Shown here one piece after another: positions 40,684 through 53,705 of a stretch of 64,000 nt of DNA. The notes below the pieces were generated by a model that was not told where the DNA came from, did not search any database, and saw only the letters and a list, made by a program, of their open reading frames with translations. The translations under genes were made by a program, and so were the position numbers. The stretch's first letter is position 1; each line of letters starts with the position of its first letter. This stretch comes from an uncultured delta proteobacterium (GTDB lineage: Bacteria > Myxococcota_A > Polyangia > Polyangiales > Polyangiaceae): assembly GCA_963696385.1 (NCBI GenBank), contig CAVOKF010000004.1, positions 64,001-128,000 of the forward strand, given 5' to 3'.

Positions 40684-42387
40684 TCACTGCTTGACGATCT
40701 TCAGCACGGTGCCATCTGTGTAGTTCTTGGTGGCCGTTCCTTGGCTGATCCAGTATACGCTTGTGGCATCCAGGGCAATTTCCCAGGGACTGTTCTGGGC
40801 CGAGGCGAGGGGAGTCGTTGCCCCACCGGTGAGGGGCATCTTCATGATCGCCCCGTCCATGTAGCCGTCGTTGAACGTTCCCTGATTGGTCCAATATAGG
40901 CTCGTCGCATCCACGGCGATGAATTGAGGCGCGTTTTGACTCGACGCGAGCACGATCGGGGTACCGCCTCCGATTGGCACGCTCATCACTGTGCCGTCGG
41001 TGAAATTGTTGCCCATTGTCCCCTCGTCCACCCAGTACACGTTGGTTGTATCGACGACGATCCCACCGGGGGCATTCTGCATCTGGGCAAGCGTCTTGGG
41101 TAGACCGCCACTCAGCGGGACACTCATCACGGTGCCAGTGAGTGGTGAGCCCGCAGCGAAGTTGGTCCAGTAGACGCTTGTGGCATCCACGGCAATCAAG
41201 CTGGCTCCGTTTTGGTCCGTGGCGAGAATTGTCGGTTTACCGCCACCAAGAGGTACTTTCATGACCGTGCTGTCATCCGCCCAGTAGACGCTTGTCCCAT
41301 CCACGGCGATGCCGGTCGGCAAATCCTGCCCGGACGCGAGTGTCGTAGCCGTGCCGCCCGCAAGGGGAACCTGCATCACAGTACCGGCGGCGACCTGGGT
41401 CGTCCAGTAGACGCTTGTGAGATTGACAGCTACGCCATAGGGGGCGCTCTGCCCGGACGAGAGAGTAACAGTCGAGCCTCCACCGCGCGGCACTTTCATA
41501 ACCGTACCGTCAATGGGGGTGCCACCGTCCGCAAACGTGCCGTTGTTCGTCCAGTAGACGCTCGTGGCGTCAACCGCGATGGCGACCGGATCGTTCTGTC
41601 CGGACGCAAGCGTCACGGGCTGGCACACTCGAGCCAGGCATACTCCACCGAGACAGCTGTGTCCGCAGGCGCCGCAGTTGAGCGTGTCGATCGCCTCGTT
41701 CACGCACGAGCCACTGCATAGGGTGGGGGCGGCGGATGAGCAGCCAGACACGCAGGCGAACGTTGTCCCCGCGTCGACTGCCACGCAAAAAGGGGCCGCC
41801 GCCGAACAGCTCGTACCGCACGCGCCGCAAGTGGTGGGTGCCGAGAGGTCGGTCGCGCAACCCGTGCCAGCGTCCGCGCAGTCGGCATAATCGGTAGCGC
41901 ACGTGTACGAGCATTTCCCTGCGATGCATTGCAGGTCCGCAGAGCTGACGTGCGCGAGTTGCGTGCAGTCGTTGTTGCACGACCCGCAGCTCTGTAGGGC
42001 GTCAGCCGGCAGGCAACCACCGTCACAGGCGACGGCACCCGGTGCGCAGGAGACGCTCGCTTCGCCTGTCCCGTCTACGACTGCGTCACCCGGTGTCCCG
42101 TCTGCGACTGCGTCACCCGGTGTCCCGTTTACGACTGCGCCATCCGCCGTGCCGGCTTCTAGACCGCCGTCCCTGGCGACAGTGGGATCGCCGATCCCGA
42201 GTAGCGCGCTGCAACCCGCGCTAAAGGCGCCCAATACCCATGCAGCGAGCGCGCCGGATAGCCCAAGTATCGCGGCGGATCTCCGCGTCACCAGACCCCA
42301 TATGGCGCGAAACCTGCCGTGCCGCGGTCGCCGCGCCTTGGGGCGCACGGCAGCAAGTGCGACGCTGAGGACCCGACCCGTTCGCAT
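40684..42387 (-). CDS. Secreted Cys-rich repeat protein with YW-repeat beta-propeller, copy 2
   Basis: Propeller nearly identical to copy 1; start overlaps the upstream stop (TAATG). Confidence 0.85.
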   Translation of the reverse strand: MRTGRVLSVALAAVRPKARRPRHGRFRAIWGLVTRRSAAILGLSGALAAWVLGAFSAGCSALLGIGDPTVARDGGLEAGTADGAVVNGTPGDAVADGTPGDAVVDGTGEASVSCAPGAVACDGGCLPADALQSCGSCNNDCTQLAHVSSADLQCIAGKCSYTCATDYADCADAGTGCATDLSAPTTCGACGTSCSAAAPFCVAVDAGTTFACVSGCSSAAPTLCSGSCVNEAIDTLNCGACGHSCLGGVCLARVCQPVTLASGQNDPVAIAVDATSVYWTNNGTFADGGTPIDGTVMKVPRGGGSTVTLSSGQSAPYGVAVNLTSVYWTTQVAAGTVMQVPLAGGTATTLASGQDLPTGIAVDGTSVYWADDSTVMKVPLGGGKPTILATDQNGASLIAVDATSVYWTNFAAGSPLTGTVMSVPLSGGLPKTLAQMQNAPGGIVVDTTNVYWVDEGTMGNNFTDGTVMSVPIGGGTPIVLASSQNAPQFIAVDATSLYWTNQGTFNDGYMDGAIMKMPLTGGATTPLASAQNSPWEIALDATSVYWISQGTATKNYTDGTVLKIVKQ

Positions 42388-43300
42388 TACCACAGCCCAC
42401 GGAGCACGAATCCCGCCGTACCATGGTCGACCGCGGGCGCGGCTTGCACGGTACCGGGCGCGAACAACCAAAGGGAAATGCCGCTCGCTGCGAGCACGCC
42501 CCCCACGATGAAGAAAGCCGTCGAGAGATTCGCGACGCTTTTGGCGTTGCGTAGCACGCTAACCGCGGTCTCGCTGGGGCAGACGCTGTTCGAGTTGCAC
42601 CCAGCATCGCTCTTTTTGCCCGAGGCCACGACGCCGAGGGCCAAGCTGACTCCGACACCGACCGCGCCAACGCCCGCGGCCGCCATACCGGTCGTCTTCC
42701 AAGGGCTCGACGACTGCCCTTGAGCGGGGCTCGAGGCTGATGATGCCGCGGGCACTAAGGCAGCGGTGGCCCGCAATGGAGTGATCGGTACAGTCGGGAT
42801 AAGGGCCGCGGCGACGTGAGCACCGCGCTTCGCCAACGTCACGGCGATTCGCTTGTTCTTCTCCGCCTCCGCAACGAGGACGACCACCGTTTGCGCCTCA
42901 CGCTGCGCGCCGTCGGTCGGTTCGAACGTCACCGTGTGCGAGCCGGGGTTAACCTCGATCGACCTCCCGTCGAGCTGCTCGGCCAGAACCTTCTGGTCCA
43001 AGGTGAGCCTGACCCGGGCGAGTTCGTTACCAGCTTCGTCCGTCGCGATCGGCACGACCGTGGGCAAACTCGCTTGCACCTCATCGAGCCACGTCGTGCA
43101 ATCTTTGACGATGAAGTCCTTGCACGTCGGCTGGGCGCAGATGCGCAGCGCATCGCGTGCCTCCACCAGTTGCCGGTCGCCGCGAAGCGCTTGCCCCCGC
43201 ACATACGCGTCCACACACGCGTTCGCGTCCGGACCATCCGCCCTCGACGTATCCGCGAAGAGCGCAATCGCAGCGAGCGCGAGTGAGCCCAAGCATCGCT

Positions 43301-43304
<4 letters not shown>
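42387..43304 (-). CDS. Secreted PEGA-like protein
   Basis: Signal peptide, ACVDAY..GQ, IEVNPGSH and C-terminal hydrophobic segments. Confidence 0.8.
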
Positions 43305-44791
<1,487 letters not shown>

Positions 44792-45601
44792 GCCTTGGCT
44801 CCTTCCGAACGCCGAGGCAACGCCGCTACGGTTCGGCCGTCGAGCCCCGCCACACACATGTCATCCCTAGGGTCTACATATGTCAATAGACAAGGAGCTG
44901 CATCTCGCCGTGCCATACCGAGCACCCAACTAACGAAGCCACGGCGCTTGCGGGCCTGTAAAGTTGAACTGGTGCTTGATTTCAGCGCCACGGCGGACGG
45001 GATGGACGCCGACGGATGGGCGCCGATCGCTGTTATTGTGCCGCCCGGCAGTGGCGCCGTTCGAGCGCATCATCGGCGGCCCATGGGGCAGGTGTCCATT
45101 CGACGCTCGGCAGCGCCCATCGCGGGCGCATCGGAACGCCCGGCTCGTTCATGGGACACCCGATCCGACGAGACGGGATCCAACCGTGTCACGACGTCTT
45201 GCCGTCCGCGCTCCGTGACGGTGACGTTGCGGTCTCCGTCGTAGGCCCGGCGGCGCGCGTTCGGATTGTTGTTCGAGTCGACCCGTTGGGGTGCCGCAGC
45301 CGGGAGCGGCGTTGCCATGTCGCCATCGGACGCGGCAAACTTGCCGCCCGGACCGCCGCTCGTCGCAATGCATCCACCCAGGCCCCAAGCCGCTAACGCT
45401 ACCCACGCCCACGCTGCTCGCATGATGTTCCTCCCGGCGCTCGCGTGCGCCTCGGGGGACGACCATCGCAAGGCCGAGGCCACACCCGAGGCGCGCGCGG
45501 TATGCGTGAAACCCCGCAAAAGCAAGGCTGCCGGGGGGGGTGCAAGACGCGTGCACGCGCGTGCGGCGAGCGTGCGCGCACCGGGCTTGGGGCCGCCCGC
45601 T

Positions 45602-47065
45602 CTACTCGGACGGATCGCCGCCGATCCCATGCTTTTTCATCAAGCGATGCAGGGCGAAGCGATTCCGAAGGCCCAGAATGCGCGCCGCCTCTCTCTGGTT
45701 ACCCTTGGCAGCGAGAGCCGCTCGGATGTCGTCCGCCGACGGGTCGACCCGCGGCGGGCGAGGCTGCGCGACGGCGGATGGTTCGGGGGGTCCTGAAGAA
45801 GGCTGGCTGCGCGGCTCCTCGCTCGGCGGGGTGATCTCGGTGCGATGGGCTCCCGACATCGCCTTCCACAAGAGCGCTTCAAGCTGCCGAGTGTTGGCGG
45901 GCAACGGCTGGTGCAATACGTAATCGATAAACCCCGGCGCGAAGCGAGCATAGGGTCGGCCCGTCGAGTCCTTGGCGACGAAGCGGCTGGCGAGCTCCGG
46001 ACTCTGCTCGGCGGTCCGCAGAAGCAGATGCCGGGCGAGCAACGGAATATCCTCAGGTCGTGACGCCAGGGGTGTCAACGCGACCACGGACGCGAACCGC
46101 GCACGCAAGTCGTGCTTGAGAGCGGACGCGTCGCGGTTGGTCGCGCCGACCAGACGAAAGTTCGCCCGACGCGCCGTCGCTTCGCCCAGTCGCTGGTACT
46201 CGCCGCCGCTGTCGAGCACGCGAAGCAGATGCGCCTGCTGCTCGACGGGCAGATCGCCTATTTCGTCGAGAAACAGCGTTCCGCCGTCAGCCTGACCGAT
46301 GAGACCCGGCCGTTCGGGCTGACCAGCGTTCGGATAGTTTCGCGCGCTCCCAAAGAGCTCCGCATCGACAAGGCCGGCAGGCAGCGTGGCGGCGTTGCGC
46401 GCTACAAAGGATCTCGACGCGTGGCTCGACAGGGCGTGGATGGCACGCGCGGCGAGCTCTTTTCCCGTCCCGCTCTCGCCGACGAGAAGCGTATGCGTCA
46501 CCGATTTCGCAATGAATGCGAGCTGTTCGCGAAGATGCCACGTGGCTGGAGACTCGCCGAGGATTCCGTGAGCATCGGGCTCACCGAACTCGCCCCAGGA
46601 CCCGCTCGGAAAATACCGACCCTTCGGCATCAACGGGACTCGCCGCGTACAGAGCAGCAGGATCTGGCGGCTCAGGTAGATCGTGTCGCCGGGGCGAACG
46701 ACCGCTCGGTCGCACCGAATTCCGTTCACCCGAAGATCGCATCGGCCGACGCTCTCGACGGCCACACCGTCGTGGTGCGGTGTGAGCACGAGCTGGCGGC
46801 GCGACAGCCCAGCCCCCGCGAGCGCCGGACCGTATCCAAGCGCACCCGGTCGTTGGCGGCAAAAGCGCGTGCGCACCTCGTCGGTCTCGCCCTCCCCGCG
46901 ACCGAGAACCTGTGGCTTGCCCGCGGGTAGAAGCACCGCGATTTCACCGACTCGGGACGGTTCCTCCGCCGACCAGGCGAGAGCCAGCACGTTGGCAGGA
47001 CCGATGTCGCCGGACTGCCGGGAGAGAACCTCGCTCGAAACGGGGACAGTGGTGTTACCAGGCAT
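45602..47065 (-). CDS. Sigma-54 activator-like AAA+ regulator lacking GAFTGA
   Basis: GESGTGKE, ELFGSARNYPNA, LFLDEIG and a C-terminal HTH. Confidence 0.88.
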   Translation of the reverse strand: MPGNTTVPVSSEVLSRQSGDIGPANVLALAWSAEEPSRVGEIAVLLPAGKPQVLGRGEGETDEVRTRFCRQRPGALGYGPALAGAGLSRRQLVLTPHHDGVAVESVGRCDLRVNGIRCDRAVVRPGDTIYLSRQILLLCTRRVPLMPKGRYFPSGSWGEFGEPDAHGILGESPATWHLREQLAFIAKSVTHTLLVGESGTGKELAARAIHALSSHASRSFVARNAATLPAGLVDAELFGSARNYPNAGQPERPGLIGQADGGTLFLDEIGDLPVEQQAHLLRVLDSGGEYQRLGEATARRANFRLVGATNRDASALKHDLRARFASVVALTPLASRPEDIPLLARHLLLRTAEQSPELASRFVAKDSTGRPYARFAPGFIDYVLHQPLPANTRQLEALLWKAMSGAHRTEITPPSEEPRSQPSSGPPEPSAVAQPRPPRVDPSADDIRAALAAKGNQREAARILGLRNRFALHRLMKKHGIGGDPSE

Positions 47066-47290
47066 CGGACGCGGCAGTTTGCGCGAAGGGTCATCCCGTC
47101 GAGGGCTACCGGTCCATCGCCGGGCGCAGGACGTCCACCAGCCCAATCATAAATTGAGCTCGAGCGCCACTCGTCTTTGGTGCCCGTTGCGCCTTCCGCC
47201 GAGCGGGCCCCAGTGACCGCCGAAATCCATACCCCTCTCGAGGAGATCCGAGCCGGAATCCTCGTTGCCGCCTAACGCCATAGAAGATTG

Positions 47291-47864
47291 CTACCCCGTG
47301 CCGCAAGCCTGACGCTTACCTCGTCGGAACCACACGAAGGTTTGCCGGAGGAAGGATCGCAGTCGAACAAAAAGGTCGCTGGGAGGCTCGATGTGCGGTG
47401 CGATCAGGTCTCGGTACGGATCTCCGCCGGACACAACCAGGACGGCTTTCGAGCGCTTCGGCTTCGCTACGGCTTCGGCGGCCTTGCGCTCTGGCGGCGC
47501 AGGCATCGGCTTCGAACGCTCCTGCGCTTGGCGTGCCACCTCTGCGGGCACGTCGTCGGGCCACACCATTCCGCGGCCGTCCTCCCCGACCATCGCGAAG
47601 ATGCTCGACCAAGGCACGACGCAGAAGAACGGCATATGATTGAAGCTGAGCGTGCAGCGGATTGCTTCGTCGTCCAGACGCAGATCCGGAATGGGAACCG
47701 GCATGTTCAGGCCGATTTCGAAGAACGAGCTCTGGCTGCTTCTTGAACCAGGGCGGGACGACGTCCGCCTGCTGCCGAGGATCGAGATGAACGTAGACGC
47801 TCGACCGTTCGAGCAAGGCGAGGGCGACATCCTTCTTCGACGGTAAGGTTTGCGTCGGAGACAT
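47291..47864 (-). pseudogene. SspB-like ClpXP adaptor, frameshifted near 47720 (possible sequencing error)
   Basis: VHLDPR..VVPPWF..LVL | EIGLNMPVPIPDL..CTLSFN..VPWSSIFA. Confidence 0.75.
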
Positions 47865-48736
47865 CGAGTCGGCAGCGTTAGCTCAGCACACCCGACTGCG
47901 CAAAGGGCTCTTCGATAGCAATGGGAGATCGATGCGCTCGGGAAAAGATGATGTCCACGCGGCGGCACGAGGTTGCCCGCAGACCTGACCTCTAGTCGCC
48001 GACGGGTACGTCAACGCCGCCGCCTGCAACTCAGGCACGGCGGACGGGCGAGTCTTCTTCGCCAAGCAAAACGCGGATGGCTCGCTCGGCGCATGGAGCG
48101 AGACGGCCGGTAGGGCCGAGCGACTTCATGCGATCCCTGCCGGGCCATGCCGACGCCAACGGCTTCGTCTACGTCGCTGGCGGCGCCATCAACGCTCCCT
48201 CCTGGAATGAGGACGTTTGGCTCGCCAAACCCGCTGCCGACGGAACCATCGCAAGCTGGACGCAGGCGACCCAGTCCATCCCGACGTGGATAGGCTCGGC
48301 GCCCGTGATGACTACGTGCGACGGCGCGCTGTACGTCGCTGCGGGCTTCAACGCTTTCACGGCGCCCCGTATGGCCCTCCGTCGCCGGTCGACGGGCTCA
48401 AGAATGCAGTAGTGGGATTCCCCACCGACGGAGCCCCTCAGCTCGTAGACGAGCGCGATGTCCCCTGTGGGGGCCACGGCGGCGCTGTAAATCAGGATCT
48501 GAGCGGCAAGCGTGTCATTGGGCAGACCGTTGAGAGTGGGCGGAAGGAAGAGCGGCTCCGACGGGCCCATGCTCACGCCTGTCTTTGGATCGAAGGCCTG
48601 CACATAGGAGCTCGGCATGTCGCGGTCTGCGCCGCGGATGCCTTATCGATCTCGGCGCGCAGCCCACGCATCCAGGTTGGCCGGCCGAAGTCCTTCGCCC
48701 GCCCACCGGATCCCGCGAGAACATCCGTCTCGGGCC

Positions 48737-49759
48737 TCACAACTGCGCGAGCAAGAAGACTCTGCGAACGAGATCCGTCCGAGACCTGGCACCGGACCGT
48801 CGAAAGAGCTCGGTAACGTGCGTCTCTACGGTCACCTCAGCACACGAGGATCGTTGGGCCACTTCCTTGTTCGTGGCACCACTGATCAGGAGCTCCAGTA
48901 TACCCGTCTGGCGAGCCGTCAAACCCCACTTGTGCTGCGCGCGCGCGGCATAACCCGATGCGGTCGGCTTCCGCTCCTTGGCGATTGCAAGGATATAGTC
49001 GGGCCATCCAGGCGCAATCAACTGGGTGACCGTGAATGCGCCCGTTTCCGGTCGCCGTTCGCTCTGACGAATCGAGGCGAGTACGCCTCGCGCGTCACGC
49101 TCGAGCAGAGCATGCCCACCGCGGTTCGCGACTTCAATGCGCTGCTTCGGACCCACGACGAACGCGGGACTCGGTAGTGCTTCGAGCGCGGCCTCCACGG
49201 CTGCGGGGCTCTGCCATGATGGGCGGAGCTGCCGTTCGAGCCGGAGGCGCCGGTGGACGGGCTTGGCCAAGTGCTGCAATATGGCCGCCTCTCGCGAGGC
49301 AAACGGTTGCGACCGAGTGGCTCCGAGCCAACACGTCACGCGCGGGCCTTCGCACAGCAGAACTCGCATTTGGTGGTGACCCGGAAGGCCGACTGCGCTG
49401 TACAGCGGCTCGTGCAACCTGGCGAGCAGGCTGCGCGGCATGTCCTCGGAGGCGATGACCCGGTTGCGCTGCGTGACGTCCACTCGGTACGGATTAAACG
49501 CGAGAAATTGATTCGAAGCGGGCAGCCGCTCCACCCATCGTCGGAACGCTTCGACTTGCACCGAAGCCGTCGGGCCTGCGCCGTCCATAAAGTCGAGCCC
49601 CCAACCGTGCTCAGTCGCGACCGGCTGATACGCGCCGACGAACGAGGCGTCCAAGAGGTCGCACAACGCCGGCAAGAGCCACGTCGTCGCGCGTGACGCC
49701 TGCGGTGTCCACGCCGTGAGAGCGCGCTCGAGGTTCTTCACCTGGGACGAAGGGCGCAC
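48737..49759 (-). CDS. LuxR-family HTH regulator
   Basis: LTARQ..GATNKEVA..TVETHV..SRTDLV. Confidence 0.88.
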   Translation of the reverse strand: MRPSSQVKNLERALTAWTPQASRATTWLLPALCDLLDASFVGAYQPVATEHGWGLDFMDGAGPTASVQVEAFRRWVERLPASNQFLAFNPYRVDVTQRNRVIASEDMPRSLLARLHEPLYSAVGLPGHHQMRVLLCEGPRVTCWLGATRSQPFASREAAILQHLAKPVHRRLRLERQLRPSWQSPAAVEAALEALPSPAFVVGPKQRIEVANRGGHALLERDARGVLASIRQSERRPETGAFTVTQLIAPGWPDYILAIAKERKPTASGYAARAQHKWGLTARQTGILELLISGATNKEVAQRSSCAEVTVETHVTELFRRSGARSRTDLVRRVFLLAQL

Positions 49760-49765
49760 CGTGCC

Positions 49766-50578
49766 TTACCCTTTTGCGAGAAATTCGACGAGGACACGAA
49801 TAGTGTGCTCGGGCGCCTCGACGAGAAGCGCATGCCCGGCTCCCTGGATCGGCAGAAAGACGCCTCGTGAGCATGATGCCGCGACGGCCTCCGACGACTG
49901 TGGAGGGACGGCCTTGTCCGCCATTCCCGCGATTACTAGCAAAGGACACGCGAGTTCGGCAACCCGGCATCGAAGGTCGGGCGCGGCGGCCAACGCCACG
50001 AGTTCGTCGCACACGACCGAAAGAGAGACGGTGTCCAGCCATGCAAGAATACGCGATGCGGCGGCTGGATCGCGCTCGGCGATTCCGGGGCTTGCCATGC
50101 GATCGAGCCAAGTTGGCCGCGGATCGAACGCTCCGGCCTGCACGGCGGTGGCCATTTCGCGGTAGGACCGCGCAGCGGGTGCGTCGAACCCGATGACGGG
50201 CGCGATCAACGCGAGCCGGTGCACAGCCACCCGAGCTCGAAGCGCCATCGCTACCGCCTTGTACGCGCCACCGGAGAAGCCGACGACAGCTATCTCAGAA
50301 AGCCCTGAACGCGTGAGCTGATCTTCGAGGCGAGCTATCACGCCGTAAAGCGAGCGGGGGTCCGCGTTCGCGTCCGGGGGCGTGTTTCCGTACCCGGGAA
50401 GATGAGGGACGAGCACGCGATGGCGGGGCGCCAGTGCATCGACGAGCGGCTGGAAATCACCGGGAAGGCTGGGAGTCCCGTGCAACAGCACGACGGCTGG
50501 CCCGACGCCGCATTCTTCGATGAAAAGCTCTCCTTCTTCGGCGGCCATGCGCGCGCTGACACCCCCAGGGCTATCCAT
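49766..50578 (-). CDS. Alpha/beta hydrolase
   Basis: LLHG, LPGYG, GFSGG nucleophile elbow, D..AGH. Confidence 0.88.
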   Translation of the reverse strand: MDSPGGVSARMAAEEGELFIEECGVGPAVVLLHGTPSLPGDFQPLVDALAPRHRVLVPHLPGYGNTPPDANADPRSLYGVIARLEDQLTRSGLSEIAVVGFSGGAYKAVAMALRARVAVHRLALIAPVIGFDAPAARSYREMATAVQAGAFDPRPTWLDRMASPGIAERDPAAASRILAWLDTVSLSVVCDELVALAAAPDLRCRVAELACPLLVIAGMADKAVPPQSSEAVAASCSRGVFLPIQGAGHALLVEAPEHTIRVLVEFLAKG

Positions 50579-50900
50579 AATACCGGCGCGAGTTTCCCCG
50601 GGATAGAAGTTTCGCAGCCCATGATGAGCCCCGACGCACGACCGCGACATCTTGGTACGGCCGGAGAATGTCTGCCTTCGACCGGTGCTGCGATCGCCGG
50701 CATATTCGTGGAGATCGGCGCATCGACCCGTCCCAGAAGTTTGACGTCGTGTCTCGGTGCGTCGCCGGAGAAGCGATCGCGGTGGGCCTTCAGGACAGCA
50801 GGCTGACGCTCGCGGTTGTCGTGCATCGCCCGCGTCTTCACCCGCGAGGCATAACCCCGAAGTCTCGGCGCTCTTGGCGGAGAAGCGCTGCGCGGACGCC

Positions 50901-51497
50901 TTACTCCTGCTCCTTGAAGACATCCGCGTAGCTCTTGCCATACGGGTGGAAGCGAGCTTTCTCGCCGCGGGCCCAGGCCTCGCGAACCTGAGGGTCCGAT
51001 AGGTCCCAATCGGGCCGGCACTTACGGGTCACGGAGCGAAGGTCCTGCCGCAGCTCCTCGACGGTGGGCCGCCCGAAGAACCAGTACCCCATGTATAGTT
51101 TGTGCACGACCAGCCCGGGTTCGAGCACGATCGTGTGAGGCACCATCGGGTTGTGGGCGGGGTCGGTGTACTCGGCGATATCGAGATCCTTCTGCACCTT
51201 TCTGCTGGGGTCCGAGAGGAACGGCCAGTGCGCACCCGCGGCCGTGCGAAACTCGTTGGTCTCGATCAAGTTGTCCGTGCTGATCGTGACCAGGCGGCAG
51301 TAGCCGACCTCCATCTCGTGAAAAAGCCGGACGAGCCCCTCGTGCTGGCGGCGATCCTTCGGACAGAACCCGCCGCGGCTCAAAACGACGATCAGGGGGT
51401 TCGCCTTTTGAAGCTCGGAGAGCTTTCGATGCGCACCGGTCTGATCGGGAAGCTCGTAGTCGGGGAACGTTGCGCCCACGTGGATGTCTTTTCGCAT
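50901..51497 (-). CDS. Peroxiredoxin/AhpC-like redoxin
   Basis: FPDYELPDQ, RGGFCPKD, ISTD, FLSD. Confidence 0.85.
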   Translation of the reverse strand: MRKDIHVGATFPDYELPDQTGAHRKLSELQKANPLIVVLSRGGFCPKDRRQHEGLVRLFHEMEVGYCRLVTISTDNLIETNEFRTAAGAHWPFLSDPSRKVQKDLDIAEYTDPAHNPMVPHTIVLEPGLVVHKLYMGYWFFGRPTVEELRQDLRSVTRKCRPDWDLSDPQVREAWARGEKARFHPYGKSYADVFKEQE

Positions 51498-51862
51498 GCG
51501 CAGGATCGTGCCCTCTTGCGGGACGAGCGCAAGACAGCCAGCAACTCGAAACGTCGTTTCCACGTTCCACGCTTGACCCGCCCACGCGCCAGTGGCCTTT
51601 CGCCGGGGCGTCGTTGGCAGAAGTTCGCCGCGAAGCGCGCCAGCAAGGGCGTTCGCGCCAGGCCCGTGAAGGCCGTCCAAGACGCGGTTGTCTGATCCGA
51701 GCCGGAGCGCGGGTCCCCGTCAGGCTGGCTGATGGAGATGGCGCTGTGGATCACGGCTTGAGTCTCCGGGTGCCCTACCGGCCAGGTGGCTCGCGCGACC
51801 TACCGGGAGGGCCCCGCCCATCGCGCTTCTCGAAGGGCGCCGTAGGTACAGAGGGCACATCG

Positions 51863-53149
51863 TCACGGCGTCCTCGCGCACCGGAACCCGTCGAAGGTGA
51901 TGCGGTACGTCGGAGCTTCGCCGAAGCGGAGCGGGGAAAGCAAGTACGGCTTTCTGCTCGTCCAATTGCTGCCCCGGAGCACCCGGTAGGAAGCTGATGT
52001 GAGATAGGCGCAATTTGTGCACGGATCGACGTAGGTCGCGACCCAATCCAGGTTCCACTCCCAGACCTCTCCCTCCATATCGAGCTGACCCCAGTAAGCT
52101 GCTCCCAGCGTCGCCGTCCCCACCGGCGCGACGTTGACGACGCCTGTCGTCGGGTTGACGGTATAATAGTAATTGAGGTAAATTGCGTACTGGTTCGCTG
52201 TCGTCGGATCCGTAGAGCCCCACGGGTATTCCCGCTCTTGGCTTCCTCCCGCTGCTACGTATGCCCATTCGGCCTCGCTCGGCAAAAACCCGCCGTCCCA
52301 AATACAAAACGCGTACGACTCGTACCAGTCCACGCAGGTGATCGGCAGATTCTCGTTGCCACTCGCCGTGACCGTCCACGTGTTCCCGCCGCACGCCAGG
52401 TTGGTGTTCCACGTGCTCGCCGCGCTGGGCCCCGTTGCAATGTATGCGTTCCAGTCCGTCGCGTTCCAGCCCGTCTCGTACGATATGCCCGCGTCGTTGC
52501 CACTGTTGACGAGTCCCAGACCCCCATTCAAGTGCGTATGAATACCGCTGCCGTTCGGCGGCGGCGCGCCCCCGCTGCCCGTCACGTAGTTCACGTATTG
52601 CCGAAAACGACCCACCGTCACCAAATACTTGTCCATCCGAAAACTGCTGACCGTTGCCGGATCGGCCAACCCGGTCGCTCCGCCATCCGGTGGCGGTTCC
52701 GGCAACCCGGCGTCGTCGAGATCGTACGTCCGATCGTACGTACCACCGATGACCTCCAAGCTCGTGCAGCAGCTCTCGGTCCCGCTTCCTCCCGCTCCGC
52801 AGTTGGTCATTCCCGGCCCGCCGGGCTCGCAACTGGACGGCGCGGTCGTTGAGCCGGAGGAACTGCTCGTCGAAATCGATAAACCCGAACTGCTGCCCGA
52901 ACTGGAAGCGCTCGAGCTGGCGCCATTAACGCTTGAACCGCTCGTGGCGGAGGAACTGCTTGAACCCGCCGCACTGACGCCTGAGCTCATTGTCGCGCTG
53001 GTAGCGGCCACGCTCTGCCCGGATGCGGCGCCGTCCACCCCGGTTACAAGCGTTTCATCAAGCAGACCGGTTCTGGAGCCGCACCCCGCCAGAACCGAGA
53101 CTGCGGCCGTCATCGCCCGCATCCGCGTTTGGAATCCGGCCGCCTTCAT
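51863..53149 (-). CDS. Lipoprotein with formylglycine-generating-enzyme (SUMF1) domain
   Basis: LAGC, Ser-rich linker, LPSEAEW, YPWG, GEVWEW, GFRCAR. Confidence 0.88.
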   Translation of the reverse strand: MKAAGFQTRMRAMTAAVSVLAGCGSRTGLLDETLVTGVDGAASGQSVAATSATMSSGVSAAGSSSSSATSGSSVNGASSSASSSGSSSGLSISTSSSSGSTTAPSSCEPGGPGMTNCGAGGSGTESCCTSLEVIGGTYDRTYDLDDAGLPEPPPDGGATGLADPATVSSFRMDKYLVTVGRFRQYVNYVTGSGGAPPPNGSGIHTHLNGGLGLVNSGNDAGISYETGWNATDWNAYIATGPSAASTWNTNLACGGNTWTVTASGNENLPITCVDWYESYAFCIWDGGFLPSEAEWAYVAAGGSQEREYPWGSTDPTTANQYAIYLNYYYTVNPTTGVVNVAPVGTATLGAAYWGQLDMEGEVWEWNLDWVATYVDPCTNCAYLTSASYRVLRGSNWTSRKPYLLSPLRFGEAPTYRITFDGFRCARTP

Positions 53150-53296
53150 TCGCCTCCCGAGCAATATCCCGTAAGCGGAGCGCCATCGCAAGTACGGGCG
53201 CGAGGGTCGGCTCGGGAGACGATCGCTACTCGTCGATCGTCTTCAATAGCCTCCTTTTCCCGGATGAACGCATGCCATTGCGCTCGGAACCCACGC

Positions 53297-53648
53297 TCAA
53301 GCTCCGAGCACCGCCTGCACCCTGCCCCTCTCGCCCACCAGAATCTCGAACGCGCGCCCGAGACCGATCTCGGCCGCGACCGCCTTGAGCAGGGACTCGA
53401 CGGACCCCGCGCTTACGCCGCTCTTCGCCACAGCGTGCGCGACCGGTGCGTTGACGGGTGCCGCAGGCTTGGCGGCCGCCTTGCTCGCGGCCGCTTTGGC
53501 GGCTCCGTGAACGTTGTAGACGTAAGTGTCCGTGAGGGCGATGCCGGCCGCTTTGGCCTTGGCAACCACGTCTTTGGCGGACAAACAGGGGATCCGCGGA
53601 ACGTACAAAGTCGGCTTTGGTCTGCTTGGGGGCTGTTTTGGCTGTCAT
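53297..53648 (-). pseudogene. Small Ala/Lys-rich protein, frameshifted near 53590
   Basis: MTAKT..KADFVRS continues as SAKDVVAKAKAAGI..YVYNV in another frame. Confidence 0.5.
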
Positions 53649-53705
53649 CTTCAATCTCCTCGGGTGGCCAGCGTGCGGCGACCCCGTCGGATCCGCGCGG
53701 GGTGT

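Noticed and set aside
47990..48620. Kelch/propeller-like fragments
   Set aside because: Too fragmentary to assign boundaries or a product.
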